The notes beneath the pieces are model-generated. The model was not told the DNA's origin. It did no database searches and saw only the letters and a program-made list of their open reading frames with translations. The position numbers and the translations under genes are program-made. A stretch of 63,576 bases of DNA, counting the filler, from Folioceros fuciformis (lineage: Eukaryota), in the NCBI GenBank assembly GCA_049999805.1. It is 13 parts of 13 records of this genome, joined end to end, with 100 filler letters (N's around TTAATTAATTAA, not from the genome) between each part and the next. Parts side by side here need not be neighbours in the genome. Positions count along the whole stretch, not along the records: positions 12,654 to 25,538 come from JBNGIO010005909.1; positions 25,639 to 28,845 come from JBNGIO010005910.1; 11 more parts are not named here. One strand, given 5' to 3'. Numbering within the stretch: position 1 is the stretch's first letter; every line of letters begins with the position of its first letter. Positions 13,889-26,584 of this stretch are shown here, piece by piece.

Positions 13889-14294
13889 TGTTAAGCATGA
13901 TTAATGTTGAGATTAATTAGCGCTAATCCAGCTTATTGAGTTTGTACTAATTAGTGGTAAGAGTGATTAAGGTTATGATTAATATATATATATATATAGC
14001 TTATTAGACTTTGCTATGTTAGGCAAAAAAGTATTGTAGCGTTTGGGGTCATTTATCCCATATTGGGCACGAAATGAGAGTGCCACCCATAGGTCCATAA
14101 AAGAAGGGATGAACCCACTTAGTATTGGTAGTCTAACTCCCTCTTCACTTGTATTGTGTTGTTTTTTTTGTAATTCTCCTTTTTATTTGAGTTTAAGAGC
14201 CTTGTTATAGTGCTCTTAGTTTTAGGATTTTGCATCTTGCTTCAACTAACTTGTTTTAACCTCCTTTGAGCATGGCGGGGGTGACATCTCAACA
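13889..14294 (+). repeat. Copia 3' LTR (406 bp)
   Basis: PPT GAGTGGGAG, then TGTTAAG...CTCAACA. The reverse-complement copy is the solo LTR at 52458-52867. Confidence 0.93.
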
Positions 14295-14365
14295 GGCTCC
14301 CCGCTTGCAACTCTGATCTTCTTAGCAGGAACACTGAGCCCTCTTGCTGGGGAAGAACTTACCCT

Positions 14366-15830
14366 CTAATTGGGCTCCACGTTGCTGAGGTCCTTCTCCA
14401 TAGGTACAGCACCTTCCTCCACAAAGTCTTCTCCCCATCTTAGTTCCCAGGTGCCTGGGAGTTTGATCGAGATCAGGGCCTTGAGAAGACCCAAAAAACC
14501 AAGGTGTGCCTTGAATACCACCCTGGATGCGAGAGTAACTCTCCCTTTGCCAAACTTTGCATCCTTAATACAAGCTAGAACCTGAGGCTCCCCCATCCAC
14601 TGTGCCACACTAACATCATGAAGACGATACTCCTCACTCAACTCAATCAGTGTGTTGATATATAAGATAGAGGAGCTATCCTCCAGCCTATGACACACCA
14701 TACTGTGCCGTGCTTCTATAAGAGCCCCTCTCGCAACTTGCTCCTCAAATCCCAGGCCCGCCTGTAGCATGCCCCTGACTTTCAACTTAATTGAATACTT
14801 TCAACTTAATTGAATTCCACAGCGCAGCCTGTAGCATGCCCCTGACTTTCAACTTAATTGAATTCCACAGCGCAGGAAACTGATCCCCAGATCATGTCCC
14901 TAATTGGAGGGAGCGTGTAGGCACGGCCCCGAGCTCCCCCACCTTCGGCATCCAGTAGAAAGAAGTATTGTCCATCTTCTTCCTCAGGAGCACGCACAAT
15001 TTGATCTGCGTGTTGCTAACACCATTGCTCCCCAAGAAGAAATCTTGCTGTACTTTGCTTGCCCATTGCTGCGCTCTAGGGTTAGTCCTCCAAGACCTCT
15101 TAGGAACACCTTTAAAACTCGGCAATGGGCCTGAGGGCACTATCTCAGCTTTGTCACTCCCACATCCCTTTCCAGCCCGAATCGGACAATTCTGCTTAAG
15201 ATGGTTATGCACACCACACACGCCGCACCTGATAGGCAAATCGGGATAATCGAAAAGTTGAGTGAAACATTTGGCAAGATCCTCCGGATCCCGAACGACA
15301 ACCCCTTCCGGCAAGGCGAGAAGACTATCAACTCTTACACCAAAACATGGCAGCTTACTGCTATTGAAGAAGTGAGAATCCATCTTAGGCACTTCCACCA
15401 CCCTGCCAATAACCCCCAACATCAGGGAATCATTGGGACGAGTTCCACAGGCAAGGCCGGGAGGCTCACCCATAAAAACTGACACTTGATTGTAGATTGC
15501 ATGATTGTATTCCAAGGAGACCAAGCCTCCACCAACACTGGGATAGATCCTCGAAATGGCACCGTTGTTTGCAAGAGGGTCTGGGCTCCAGCTGCCTCGT
15601 CGCACTTAATCTGAAAAGAACCATCTGCCTTCAAGAAGACATACGTTGGGTGACAGCCCGTTACTTGTACCACCCACTCCAATTCCCCCATGGTAGGAGG
15701 ACCTTCAGATAGCAGCCTCCCCACAACTGAACTGGCCGCGAGATTGTCCTCCTCTTTTTGGAAATATCTCGCTTCAATGAGAACGTCCGCTAGGGGGCCA
15801 AGCTGCAAACCTGAGCCTTCTTTTGCTGAT
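14366..15830 (-). mobile_element. L1-type LINE ORF1 remnant (DUF4283-like plus zinc knuckle), frameshifted
   Basis: SVVGRL...FQIK, LGVIGRVVEV, then DYPDLPIRCGVCGVHNHLKQNC (CX2CX4HX4C, typical of plant L1 ORF1). Confidence 0.75.
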
Positions 15831-16082
15831 CCCGAAGCATAATCCTAAGTGGTGTCCGCCCGAACTTGTCCTTGATCAAAGTCCACCTCAGGTATCTGTA
15901 CCTACGATTCTGCCTCTGTCGCTACTTTTGTCCGGCTAGCATAAGGAAGATAAGATTTCGTCAACACCACATTTTCCCCCTGCACCTTCCGTTTATTAGC
16001 ACACAAACCGACCACTGCCGCCCATATGCCACCTGCTGGGCCCCCCCTGTAGGAGGCTCAATGCCTTTATTGAGCCACCGAG

Positions 16083-16572
16083 CTAACCCCTTACCGGTGC
16101 CTGGTGGGGAGTGTTTTTTCGAAAGTCCTCATGTGGGTTGATAACTAGTTTGTCTAGTGCTGGTGGTGGATTCCAATCTTCGATTACATCTGCAATGTCT
16201 AGGTGCAAATCTGGAAATTTGTTGTACCTTATGAGGGTTTCTTTGGCTAGGGTAGACTGGATAATCTTCAATTAAGTGCCCATAAATTCTATCGTGCCTA
16301 GCCATTTTGCCAGCATTTGAATAACATGCTACAAATTGACATGATAGATTATATGGCTTTGATACCATGTGAAGGCGCATGGATTTCATGGAAGCGTAGA
16401 ATAAAAGTCTATATATTGAAAAGTAAATAAAAATAATGTTTGAAGAACATATAAAACTAGTTATAAAAACTGAATCTAAGATGCCTATTCATATCACAAT
16501 AACTTAAGTAATCAGTAAAGTATAATCTTCAAATGTGCCCTAACTAGGCCTCTAATAGCCATAATCTCTACA
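16083..16572 (-). mobile_element. 5' end of an LTR element: ~205-bp LTR, Met PBS and short gag-like remnant
   Basis: GCTTTGATACCA at 16356-16367 (reverse complement TGGTATCAAAGC). An AT-rich LTR at 16368-16572 is bounded by TG..CA. Confidence 0.65.
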
Positions 16573-17339
16573 ACGCGTATAGGATAGCCTAAGGGTCCGG
16601 GCCGAGCAGTCCTGCAGGCTTCATGTCAAGACCGGGGGCAGGAGCTCCATCAAGGCCTGGCACCTTTTGGCCTCCGTCATCCAGCAGTGCAGGAAATCTG
16701 CAACTTGTTCGAGTGAAAGCTTGACTTGACCGTGCACCGGACGAAGTGGTGGTTATGTTCGCTTGAACTCGGGGGGAAAGCAAGCAGGACATGGCACGGG
16801 GCAGGTGGCAATCATAAGCCGCTGAAGTTCCTATACCCCGACCCGCGCGCTGCGCATGCCTGCTCTCCGCCCGGACGGAGCATGCCTTCAAGCACGTCTA
16901 TTGTTGCCACCTTAACGCGCCGCTCTGCAGCATGGGCAACCAACACAGCTGACCGCGCTGGGGGCGACCGCGGGGTCATACGTCCATTCCAATGTGCCCT
17001 CTAGGCATACCGTCGCTTCCACTGCAATGTGCCCTTAGCCGGATGCAGGACAGTGGGGACTTTGCAGAAAACAACACCGCACTGCCGGTTGCAGCAATGT
17101 CTGACCCGATCCTCGCCGGGCCTAAGGTCCCTCAAATCTGGATTCCCCGGCCTCTCACCCCGTGTACTCTCCTTCTAAGAAAAGACCACGCAGGAGGTTG
17201 ATTGCCCGCCATGTCATTAAGCTGCCCTCATCCTCAATCCACGTCCACGCTTGCTCTTCAAGGCTCACATCCCTCTACAGGCACACTGCAGGCAACCGAT
17301 ATGTGCATCTAGCAGATAGCCTATGCACTACAGGCCTTC

Positions 17340-18045
17340 ATGCGACGATTCGGTTTAGGCATCAAGTCGGAGACCAAGCCAACACCATCTGTTTTGGCAT
17401 TGACGGTCAAATTCTGCATGATAACCTGGATAGCAAAACGTGCACAAGATGCCACCAACCAGCCAGCCATCCGCAAAGCAAACAGGCCAGAAGTGGAGAC
17501 CACTCATACTCAAGTCAAGGGCCCCCGAAGAACTGGTGAACGCTGTATGTACCAAATGGTCATCTTTCGTTTTCTGGATATCGAACTCCCAGCACTTGGG
17601 TCTGTCGTTTCACACCCTTCTCATCCAGGAAGTGCACCGCATTTCTCAACGCCATCATCGTGTTCTCGGGATGAACTTTCGATCCACCTCTGCGATCGCA
17701 AAACCACTCCCACAAATGAACCTTACATGGCCAAGCACAGGTACCCCTGACAATCACTGACTGCTTGATTAGGTCAGTCGCGTGCATAAGCTCCACAACA
17801 GGAGGACATGGCAGATTATCTGCAAACGAAGACGCCTACAGACGCCCGGTACCGCTCCTTCCGAAAGCTGGCCAGCACAAGATCGATACGTACCTGTGAC
17901 TCGCATGGACTGGATACTTGAGCCGGCTAAGCACGGGAGCACCTGTAACCAGAATGTCTTTGCGGATGTAATTCTCATACACGTGCTTGAAGGTGAGAAA
18001 CAGAGCGATTCCTGCCCCAACGGCAACCGTCATGGTGGCTCCCAT
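17340..18045 (-). pseudogene. Glycerophosphodiester phosphodiesterase (GDPD1-like), disrupted
   Basis: N-terminal hydrophobic anchor, then HASHR / intron / GGSKVHPENTMMALRNAV. A +1 frameshift at ~17589 restores EFDIQKTKDDHLV. The next exon, VIMQNLTVNAKTDGVGLVSDL, has QN where the family has catalytic HD. Confidence 0.75.
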
Positions 18046-18837
18046 CTCGTGGGTGCGCTCCTTCTTGCGGCTCTCCTTCCGTTTTCCTCAGTGTCCACAC
18101 GGAACCGATGCTCAAAATCCTGATGCAGGGGGAAACAGCCCAAGATGATCACACAGCTACTTGGGACAGCGAGTCCTCAGCATCATTCACAGCGCCATAG
18201 ACACCTCGGCCTTTACACCTTATACCCAAGAGGGCTGTGAGGTCAGAGTTGGTGTTCCATGATCTTGTAGCACAGCACCCTGCTATCCTGTACGTGAACA
18301 CTAATAGAACTCTTCTCTTCCTTTTATGGCAGTCCTTGGGAAAACCAAGAACGGGACGCAGGTAGTCGAGGAAAGGCAACAGAAAGTCTGGAATCCGGGA
18401 CGGATAACATTAAATTAGGCACGCAGGCCAAATGTTCTTTGAGCGGCATAACGACAGGTGCAAAGTCTTCAAAAGGCGGTCGACGTGGTCCGTAATCTGA
18501 GCCATGGGAAGTGGAGTCGTGGACTCTCACTTGTTCCTTTGCTTCAGGGCACACAATTCCCGGGAATCCGTCAGCCTTGGGGCCGAGCAGAAGTACATGC
18601 GCATTTCAAGTGGATTGAGTAAGAAGGTGGAATCCATGGGCTTAATCATTGGATCGGGGCTGGTCTTTTACAAATCCTTGAGTGACTGTCTGTCACGTGC
18701 TGACAATGAACGGATCACCTTGAATGTCTGCACCATAAGGTTCACAAGGAGCTGTTCGTGTGTGTGAAGGTGTTCGTACTGGTAGGAACTGTTTATGTAC
18801 AACAATCGTGGCCGAGTTGGGTCCAGACTTGAGGTTC

Positions 18838-20151
18838 CTAAGCGACTATGACAGTTTCTCCAGCAAGTGGCAGATTTTCGTGGGACCATTGATTTAGTCC
18901 GTCCTTCAAGTGAAAGACATTGGAAAAGCCGGCTTGCTGAAGCTCGTAGATGGCTTTGAGAGATCTGCAAGAGAGGAAGGCCCGTCTCATGAAGGGATCT
19001 GCGGAATGTGAAGTTTCCCGTGCACAGGACAGTGTACCTGGATTGGCGACCAAACATCCGTTCTGGGTCGTTAAACTTCTTGGCTTTGGGGCCCTTCCTC
19101 TCCACATAAGTCACCAGAGTGCCCCCGATGTCGCAAACGACAACCAGCCTTTTGCCCTTGTCACCGCCCACTGCTTCTAGTGCTTGTTGTATGAAGTCAG
19201 GGTTTCTCTCTGAGGTGTATGTTCAGAGGTGAGTGCCAGTGGTGCTGGTTAGGATGACGTTGAAGGTGCAATGGGAGAGGCGAGGTGCGCACCTGTGCCG
19301 GCGAAATTGGTGATGAGAGCGTACCCAAGCCTTCTGCATGACGATCCACCATCGTGCCATCATCCAAGGATTGAGTGAGACGGTGACATCCATGAGTGCA
19401 GGCAACTGCAGCAGCATACTGTCTCATGACTACCTGAGGTTGGCTTTGAGGTCATCTCCTTGTATGAGCCGGAAGAGTGGTGCATTGTAAGCACCCTCCG
19501 CATGAACCTGCAGAATGATGGTGGCATTGTCAGCGTTCATGACAGCAGTAGTAGCCGCTTGCAAGCTGGTGACTGACCTCTGCGTACGCTTGGGGCTCTC
19601 GGACATCCAGAAGCACAGCTTCGTCTGATGCCACCAAGGCAGCAGCAACCTCCGAGCAATTCAGGCTCTGGACGTTTCTCTCTGTCAGGACTCTATGCAC
19701 CTCTGCAACCACAGTCATGACGGGTGCACCGAACATGAGGAGCCCACCCAACCTAACATCGCATTCCTCTGGCACATGATCCAGAGAGAGGAAGAAGTGA
19801 CGAACCAACCGACGCAGTATACTTGAAGGAGTCATCAAACCAGGATCCCACAAACCCGCGCCTGGCAGCTACATCCTCCTTGAACTTGCTGAGCTTGGCC
19901 TCCATGGTGTGCTCCGCCACAAACGTCTTGTAGAACCAGCTCTGCTGCTACTGCTGCTGCTGCTGTCGCTCAGTCTTCGGCTGCTGCTGCTCCGCCCTCG
20001 GTCGCAGCATGCCATCGCAAACTGGGTTGCTGCTGGCTCCACACTGGTGGCGACTTGGCTTGGACGCCAGTATCTGGGTGGAGGATTGGTAGAAGGCACA
20101 CAGGGAGGTGAGGCGAAAATGCGAAGAAGGGAGTGCCAGGCAAGACGCCAT
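18838..20151 (-). pseudogene. Plastid-type rhodanese-like (sulfurtransferase) domain protein, multi-exon, with one in-frame TAG
   Basis: VLLDVRE...HAEGAYNAPLFRLI, LVVVCDIGGTL, and GRQSR/SLKAIYELQQAGFSNVFHLKDGLNQW. Transit-peptide-like N-terminus. TAG at 19948-19950 lies inside a CAG run. Confidence 0.82.
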
Positions 20152-20918
20152 GGCAACCAATCGCTCCTTCTCACGCCGGCCTTCACCTTCCACACACACG
20201 CGGTTTGAAGGGGCAGCAAGCTGTGTGGTCTGTTTGCGAAAATATCCACTTGGCATTGCTGTGGGCCACATGTATGTATGTACTAGCCAGCACCTCGGTG
20301 GATTGGCATCTCCAAGAGGAGCTCCAAGGGCTCCCGAATTGGTCCACAGGCACCCATACCTGCCATGACGAGCTCACCAAAGCTGGCTAGCCGTGCACAT
20401 GTCCACCTTCCTCCGAGCCTCGCCTTTGAAGAGACGTCTCAGACTTAACACAAGCTGCTTCCAAGGAAGTCCAAGGGTTTGCCATGAATATCTTTGGCCA
20501 CATGTAGAATACAAGTGCGGCGGGAAGCTGAGCGGGCAGAACGCACAGGACAGTTGTGAATGAAGGCACCGGAGCTGCAGGCACGGCTTGTGAGTACGGC
20601 TCCTGCCGACTGAATTCCATTGTCAGGCTAGCTGAGATGCGAATCAGGGGCTGGCAAATCCCAAACGGCGATGCAAACCAGGGACTAGCAGATTCCAAAC
20701 AGCAATGCAATTCAGGGACTGAGTAGAGATGGATCGACCTACTGCAGCCAAATTTCCCGGCATCAAAGGTAGCACAGAGCTGGTACCCGCGGGCCAACTT
20801 TATTCATCCATGAGCTGCTGCGCCGTCTCGGCACACTTGCACTTGCAACAAGAGGGAAGGATCGGCGTAGGACTCGCTTCAGATTCACTCGGACAACAAC
20901 CCTATCGATTCAGGACAA

Positions 20919-21773
20919 TCAGGCCGTCGGACAAGATGAGAAACAAGAGTCGAAGAACCAGGAGTAGACGAAATTGCTCTCCGACGCGGCCCCGGTGGCA
21001 GCCGAGAATCCCACGTACGACAGCGGGTTGATGATGCTGGTGAGGTTGAGAGGCGCGAAGGACAAGAGACGCTTCGCCCGAGATTTCCAGGCGGGCGCCT
21101 TAGCGGCCCACACCGCCAACGCACGCGAGCAGGCGTCGTAATCCACCCACACCGTCACCTTGTGGCGAGCAGCCGGTCCGTCCGTGACCACAGCGCTGGC
21201 ATCCGCAGTGACGTTGGACACAATGCTGTTGATATCCAGCCCGATGTGGGGAACCGCGGGATCGAAGCCGTTCCGGAAGGTGTCGATCTCCACCGCCACC
21301 GTCTTGATGGCGGGGTCCCAGTTCGCGAACTCTGAATCGAAGATCCCCATGTGCTCCCCTGCAGACGACGCGGACACGTTGGGCGAGGGCGCGATGACGA
21401 ACGCCAGCCCGTCCGCAGGCCCTGGAACTGTGTTGTTCCCCGCCGGCGCCTGGATTGCGAATGTGAAGCTGGTGTTGAAGGAGGCGGGCCTGCCCGTGCA
21501 GGAATCGATGAAAGGCACGGCGTCGCTGTGGAAGGCCCCCGCCGAGGTGGCCCTGGGGAAGCCAGGCCCGACCAGCTGCACGAAGGAGCCGTTGCGATCG
21601 AAGAGCGATCCCTGGCTCAACGTGATGCCCGAGTCAGGACTCCAGTTTCTGATGCAGAAGCGCACCGGCCGACTTCGACCCTGCCGACCGCAGTTCCCGG
21701 CCGCCCTCGACGAAGCGGCCAGCAGCAGCAGCAACAGAGCGACATACAATCCAGCGCGCCCGGAGGTAGCCAT
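20919..21773 (-). CDS. Secreted legume (L-type) lectin domain protein, intronless, no kinase domain
   Basis: Signal peptide MATSGRAGLYVALLLLLLAASSRA. Lectin_legB motifs SFNTSFTFAI, ADGLAFVIAP, VAVEIDTFRN, HIGLDINS, VWVDYD, YVGFSAATG and VYSWFF. An upstream in-frame ATG lies at 21827. Confidence 0.92.
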   Translation of the reverse strand: MATSGRAGLYVALLLLLLAASSRAAGNCGRQGRSRPVRFCIRNWSPDSGITLSQGSLFDRNGSFVQLVGPGFPRATSAGAFHSDAVPFIDSCTGRPASFNTSFTFAIQAPAGNNTVPGPADGLAFVIAPSPNVSASSAGEHMGIFDSEFANWDPAIKTVAVEIDTFRNGFDPAVPHIGLDINSIVSNVTADASAVVTDGPAARHKVTVWVDYDACSRALAVWAAKAPAWKSRAKRLLSFAPLNLTSIINPLSYVGFSAATGAASESNFVYSWFFDSCFSSCPTA

Positions 21774-22699
21774 GGCTGGGATGTCGCCCGGTCGCCATCT
21801 TAACCGTCTTCTTTTATAGGTAGCCATATTTTATGACATGACGGCACGGCAGGTACTGCACTGCGATTACAATGTCGTTTCGTGTCGGGATCCGCCAACC
21901 GGCCACAGCAAACCCGAAGCTGATATGGTTCCGGGCTCCGAGCGTACGGCAGGGGCGGCGTTTCCTTATGCCAAATTATCACTACATTTTCCATCATGCT
22001 TCCCCGAGGACTCCAACTCTTACCTTACAAAGACCCGCAGGTTTCGAACTCGGAGATTTTCGGGTCGCTAGTTCCAGTCCGACGCTCAAACCACCTGATT
22101 AAGAACAGCATCCCTCGGTAAACAAACCAGGCAAAATCGGTACAAATCCGATCTCCTCCACACACCAATCCAAACTCGCATTCCCGGTTGGGTAGTATCC
22201 AGGTCGCGGATGCGCATCAGTGGGACGCGAGGACTTGCGGAGATGGAAGGGGACACAGGCGGGCGTACGCACACAGAGGCGCAAACGCGGGCCGATCGAG
22301 GAATCCCTCTGCTCGATTTCCATAGCTGCAGCATCTCGGTTCATCCGCTGCTCAAATCCAAGGCTTGACAAGCATGCAGTCCCCACGACGTGCGTGCTAA
22401 CCGAAAACTTTCAAAGCGAGTGGATGCGCACAAACTCGCCCAAAGTGCGCTAGCGCTGCCCAGAGGCAGCAGCTTCGAAAGTCGGATCGCGCCAGTCCTT
22501 TGTGAAAAGCAATGTACGCATAGCTATGCCTTTGGAGAGGACCAACGGCCTTCAAGGGCGGGCCCCGGGAGGGAGCGAGTCAAAAGTAGCTATAGGAAAC
22601 ACTATCATCATCATTTTAAACATATTTGTTACATCGTGGGTTTGGTTTTTTAAAATGTTATTCACACGATATTGACATATTTTTTTTCCTGGGGGTATT

Positions 22700-23400
22700 T
22701 TTTATGATTGAAAAAAAAGATGGAAAGTCCTATTTATTCCAAACAACCTCATTAGGCCCAAGGGCAAAAAGAGGTACTCTCCCTTGGGAATATTATTTTC
22801 AAAAACTACCTACCACTCCCAAAATGTCATGATGTGGAATACCAAAAGGCTTACCTACCACCGGTGTGCCAAAAAAAAGCTGCTTCACCTGCGCTTGATG
22901 CTGTTCTAAAAACTACATTGGCCAATGCTCGTTGCAAAGCAATGGATACACTCCTTGATAAACCTTGAAAAGTCCTTGCCCATAGCTACATGAGTCTCAA
23001 GAGCAAGGGGGATGAAAGTATGCCTGTCTTGCAAGGGAGAATACTTATGGACTTTAGCACTTGCACAACCCTCTGCCACCCAACCAGGGGGATTGATGAT
23101 GACATGCTCACAAATCGAATCCCTAGTGGGATCCGTAACAACCACATCAGCAACACAAACCTGTTCTCCCCTAGTGAAGAAAAGGTCGGCTCTAAGTGAA
23201 ACCCCATTGCGCAAAGAATATGGATGCTCCCTATACGGAACAAACCCACACTCCCTAGTCATTGAGAACATGACATCCCGAACTGCATCATGAGTGGCAA
23301 TGTGGTGCCCCCCAACGGGACAACGTGCCAAATGGGACCCTTATCGACAAGGGCAATCCCACAACTACATGTAGAGAGAGAAAAAGCCAACAAAAGGTGC
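22700..23400 (-). mobile_element. 3' end of a CRE-like non-LTR retrotransposon (CCHC plus restriction-like endonuclease)
   Basis: HLARCPVGGHHIATHDAVRD, RADL...VADVVV, AKVHKY and FIPLALET form a PD-(D/E)xK-type REL domain. Related copies at 27713-27966 and 48080-48811. Confidence 0.78.
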
Positions 23401-25804
23401 CTCCGGCGGGGCACATACATTCCTATATGCAATTACATGTTGCTCACGGAATTTTTCCTTTTACATATTCTTATTCTTTTTTTGTACCCATTAAATAATA
23501 ATTTTCTGAGTAGACACTACTACCAATGCAATTCTTTTGTATGCCATCTAAGGACTTTGTAACCATTCACATGATCAAAAAGCAGTCTTTCATTCAAACA
23601 TGGCTTTACTTGGTTTCTTCTTCATTTACATTTTGATATTTGATGTCAACCTTTTGTGCAAGCAAGTCTTCATTGTGTAAAATATGAGTGCAATCATACT
23701 CCTTATCGTGATGAATCATCGTTCACAAGCGCAGTGGGAAAAATTCTACAAGATATAACCAACAATGCATATGAGCATGTATGGAATACCGATACGGTCA
23801 GACTGCCTTTCACACAAACTTTACCGCGACGATATACGATCCAAACATTTTGGACGTAACAAGTGCCTTGCTTAGGTCATAGGGCACAAAGTAGGTGTCC
23901 CAATCGGGTCATCTACTTTGTGATAATATTTTATCCCTCACGTTGGGGTCCGTCTCTCTCCACTCACAGTCATTCACTTTTTTTTTAGTTAGAATTAAGG
24001 CTTGTGGGTTCAACATCCACGGTTCAGCATCCATCCTCGGGACCTCAGCATTCACCGTGCTGTCTGCTTTGCACACATATGTCGCCTCCATGCACACCCC
24101 TAACCGTCTGAGTTTTCGCCACTCCAATCCAAAACTTGCTCAAAGGGACATCCCTTCTTGCCTTCCTCGCTATGCGATGTGAGGAGGACAAAGAGACAAA
24201 CAAACAATAGTGGGGAATGAAATGGCCACCTTTATTTCACAGCTCATGAGGGCAAGGCAAACCTACACATGGTCTCACCCCACAACACACACGCCCCTAA
24301 GGCACTGGACAGATCCCCCCTCCCCCCATTACTACAGAGAGCGAAGCAGGCAAATGCCTGTCCACGCCCACTGAGTGGCCTCCTCCTGCATCCAAGCATG
24401 TAAGTAGGCATCCAAGGGCTCCATTCTGCTTTTGCACTCTCTGCACAATGTGGTCAAGGCCAAGTGCAAGCTGTACATATCAGGCAGATACTCCATACCC
24501 TCCAAGCCTTTCACATAAGTGTTGTCGCAGGCGACTTGCAATGCTTGCATAAAGCACAGAAGGGGGTGTGGGTTACAATTACCACCACTTGCAATCACCA
24601 CAACGCACAACAAGCAACTACAATGTGGAGGATAGGTTTGCTTGTAAGGTGCAACGGTAAAAGGAAATTGCACACAACATGCCCAAACGCCACTGCAATA
24701 TTCTGCTTGGCCAAGGCCATCGGAAGCAACAACTTGCAACACACCCTACATGCACGAACAACAACGACAGCTCTATCCACAGAGTGCAGCCACGAAATGC
24801 ACTGTATGTCTGCAGTTACAATCACTACACTCAAACTGCACCCACAATGCTACACCACAAATTGCCAGTGCAACTCTATTTACAAAGCACTCTCTCCAAC
24901 TACTCGTTCCCTAGCCCTATCGACATGGAATGTGGAACTGCAAGTTGCATTTGCAAGCACCCCCTATAGTTACCAAGAACCATCACGAGATGCAAGTTGC
25001 AACCACATATAAAAGCAACAAGGTTTAGGTCTTTAATCTCTAGCCACAGTCACACGAATTTTTCCTATTCAACCGCACTATATGCACAAAGAAATGTACA
25101 TCTGCCATCTCCTCCACCATTGCAGCTCAACCTACAAGGACAATGCAGTAACAGACATCTATTGCACAATCATGCACAAGTTAATTACGGGTCAACAACA
25201 ACAGCTTGCAGCCACGCCTGCATAACTCCCAAAGCTCACTTTATCCAGAAGCTCAATCCTCCTCAACGGGAGCATCTGCAGAGCCACATTCTGCACTTAT
25301 TGTGGGCCCCTGGCAGCGTACTCCTCTCTATCATCATCCACTACACCATACGGAGGTGGCTGCACCAACCCCTGCAGCCGCTCTTCCTCTTGGAAAGTGA
25401 TTGCAGGGACATGCCTTGGGATGTCTCAATTCGGGCCCCTCATACGCCGTCCTTGATGTCGATTCCACACTTGCCTCCATCGTTGCAACTCACCCCTCAT
25501 GGTGAGCATGAAACATAGCATGCAAGAAATGAATGTGCNNNNNNNNNNNNNNNNNNNNNNNNNNNNNNNNNNNNNNNNNNNNTTAATTAATTAANNNNNN
25601 NNNNNNNNNNNNNNNNNNNNNNNNNNNNNNNNNNNNNNGGATCAGTGAAGTCGACGGTGGCACGCGGGTGTCCATACACAACCAGCGGGACTGCGAAGGC
25701 TACAGTAGCGTTGCACAGATTTACGGACCAGGGTGCGTGGTGCAAGGGGCGACCAAGCTGCGGGCTGTCTGGATTCAGGGTTGAACGAAACAGTNNNNNN
25801 NNNN

Positions 25805-26237
25805 ATACAGCATCAGTGGAGACCATAGCGCCAAGACCATGTACGACAAAGGATGCTGAAGATAATGCTATGAGGATAGCGAAGATGTTTTTGGAAGAGA
25901 TGCCACAAAACACTCTTTGATGCTTTGAAGTTGCATTCTCAGTTGGAAAAACATATTGCTAGTTATTGAATGAAAGCAACTCACCATCAAACAAGGATTG
26001 ATGATTATTTTAACCCAGCAAACTAGAATTAGCTTGGCAGGTATGTAGTCTGAGGGAGCATTTTGGATTTTTTGGAAGCTTTTAAGCTCTTTCAAAATTT
26101 TTGATTTAAAGGATTTTATGATTTTTTTAAATATTTTTATTTTCAAAAAAGAAGAAAAATGCCTAAACGGGAACCCCTCTAAATGGGACGAGTTTTGCTA
26201 CTCCCAATTGTTCCCAATTAGAGGGGTCTAACTACAC
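25805..26237 (+). mobile_element. pogo/Tigger-like transposase C-terminus and putative right end
   Basis: A frameshifted ORF ends QTRIDDYFNPAN* (PIP-box form, 25988-26026). An AT-rich stretch follows, then a TIR-like CCCAATTAGAGGGGTCTAACTAC. Confidence 0.5.
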
Positions 26238-26584
26238 AATGCTTTCTCTTTGAATTCAACTCTCCACTCCCTTCCCACCCAATTTTGCCCATCAAAAAGA
26301 TGTGATCCACACATTGTATTATAGTTGTTGATGCCCATCAAATCAATTGGGATTAGAGGTCTTATGCCCAGCGAGCCAATTCGCTCGGGATTAAGTTGGT
26401 TTAAAGTTGTTGAACACATAGTTGATAGTCGGCCAACCTATAATCTACCACGGGCAGCCTATAATCTACCACGTACAGATGGGCTAGTACTGATGGCCCA
26501 ACCTAATCTATCACACTGATGGGCCAGCTTAAACTACCACGCCTAATCTATGACATACTGATGAGCCCGCCTAATCACCCAAGA

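Noticed and set aside
10520-20151. Premature stops repaired by U-to-C RNA editing
   Set aside because: Plant U-to-C editing is established for organellar transcripts. These are nuclear spliceosomal genes, and the GDPD copy also has a frameshift.
21160-21819. 219-aa plus-strand ORF
   Set aside because: Antisense shadow of the GC3-rich lectin gene.
23650-25539. Several 70-180 aa ORFs
   Set aside because: No recognisable motif. CA/TG-rich, apparently deaminated sequence that cannot be assigned.
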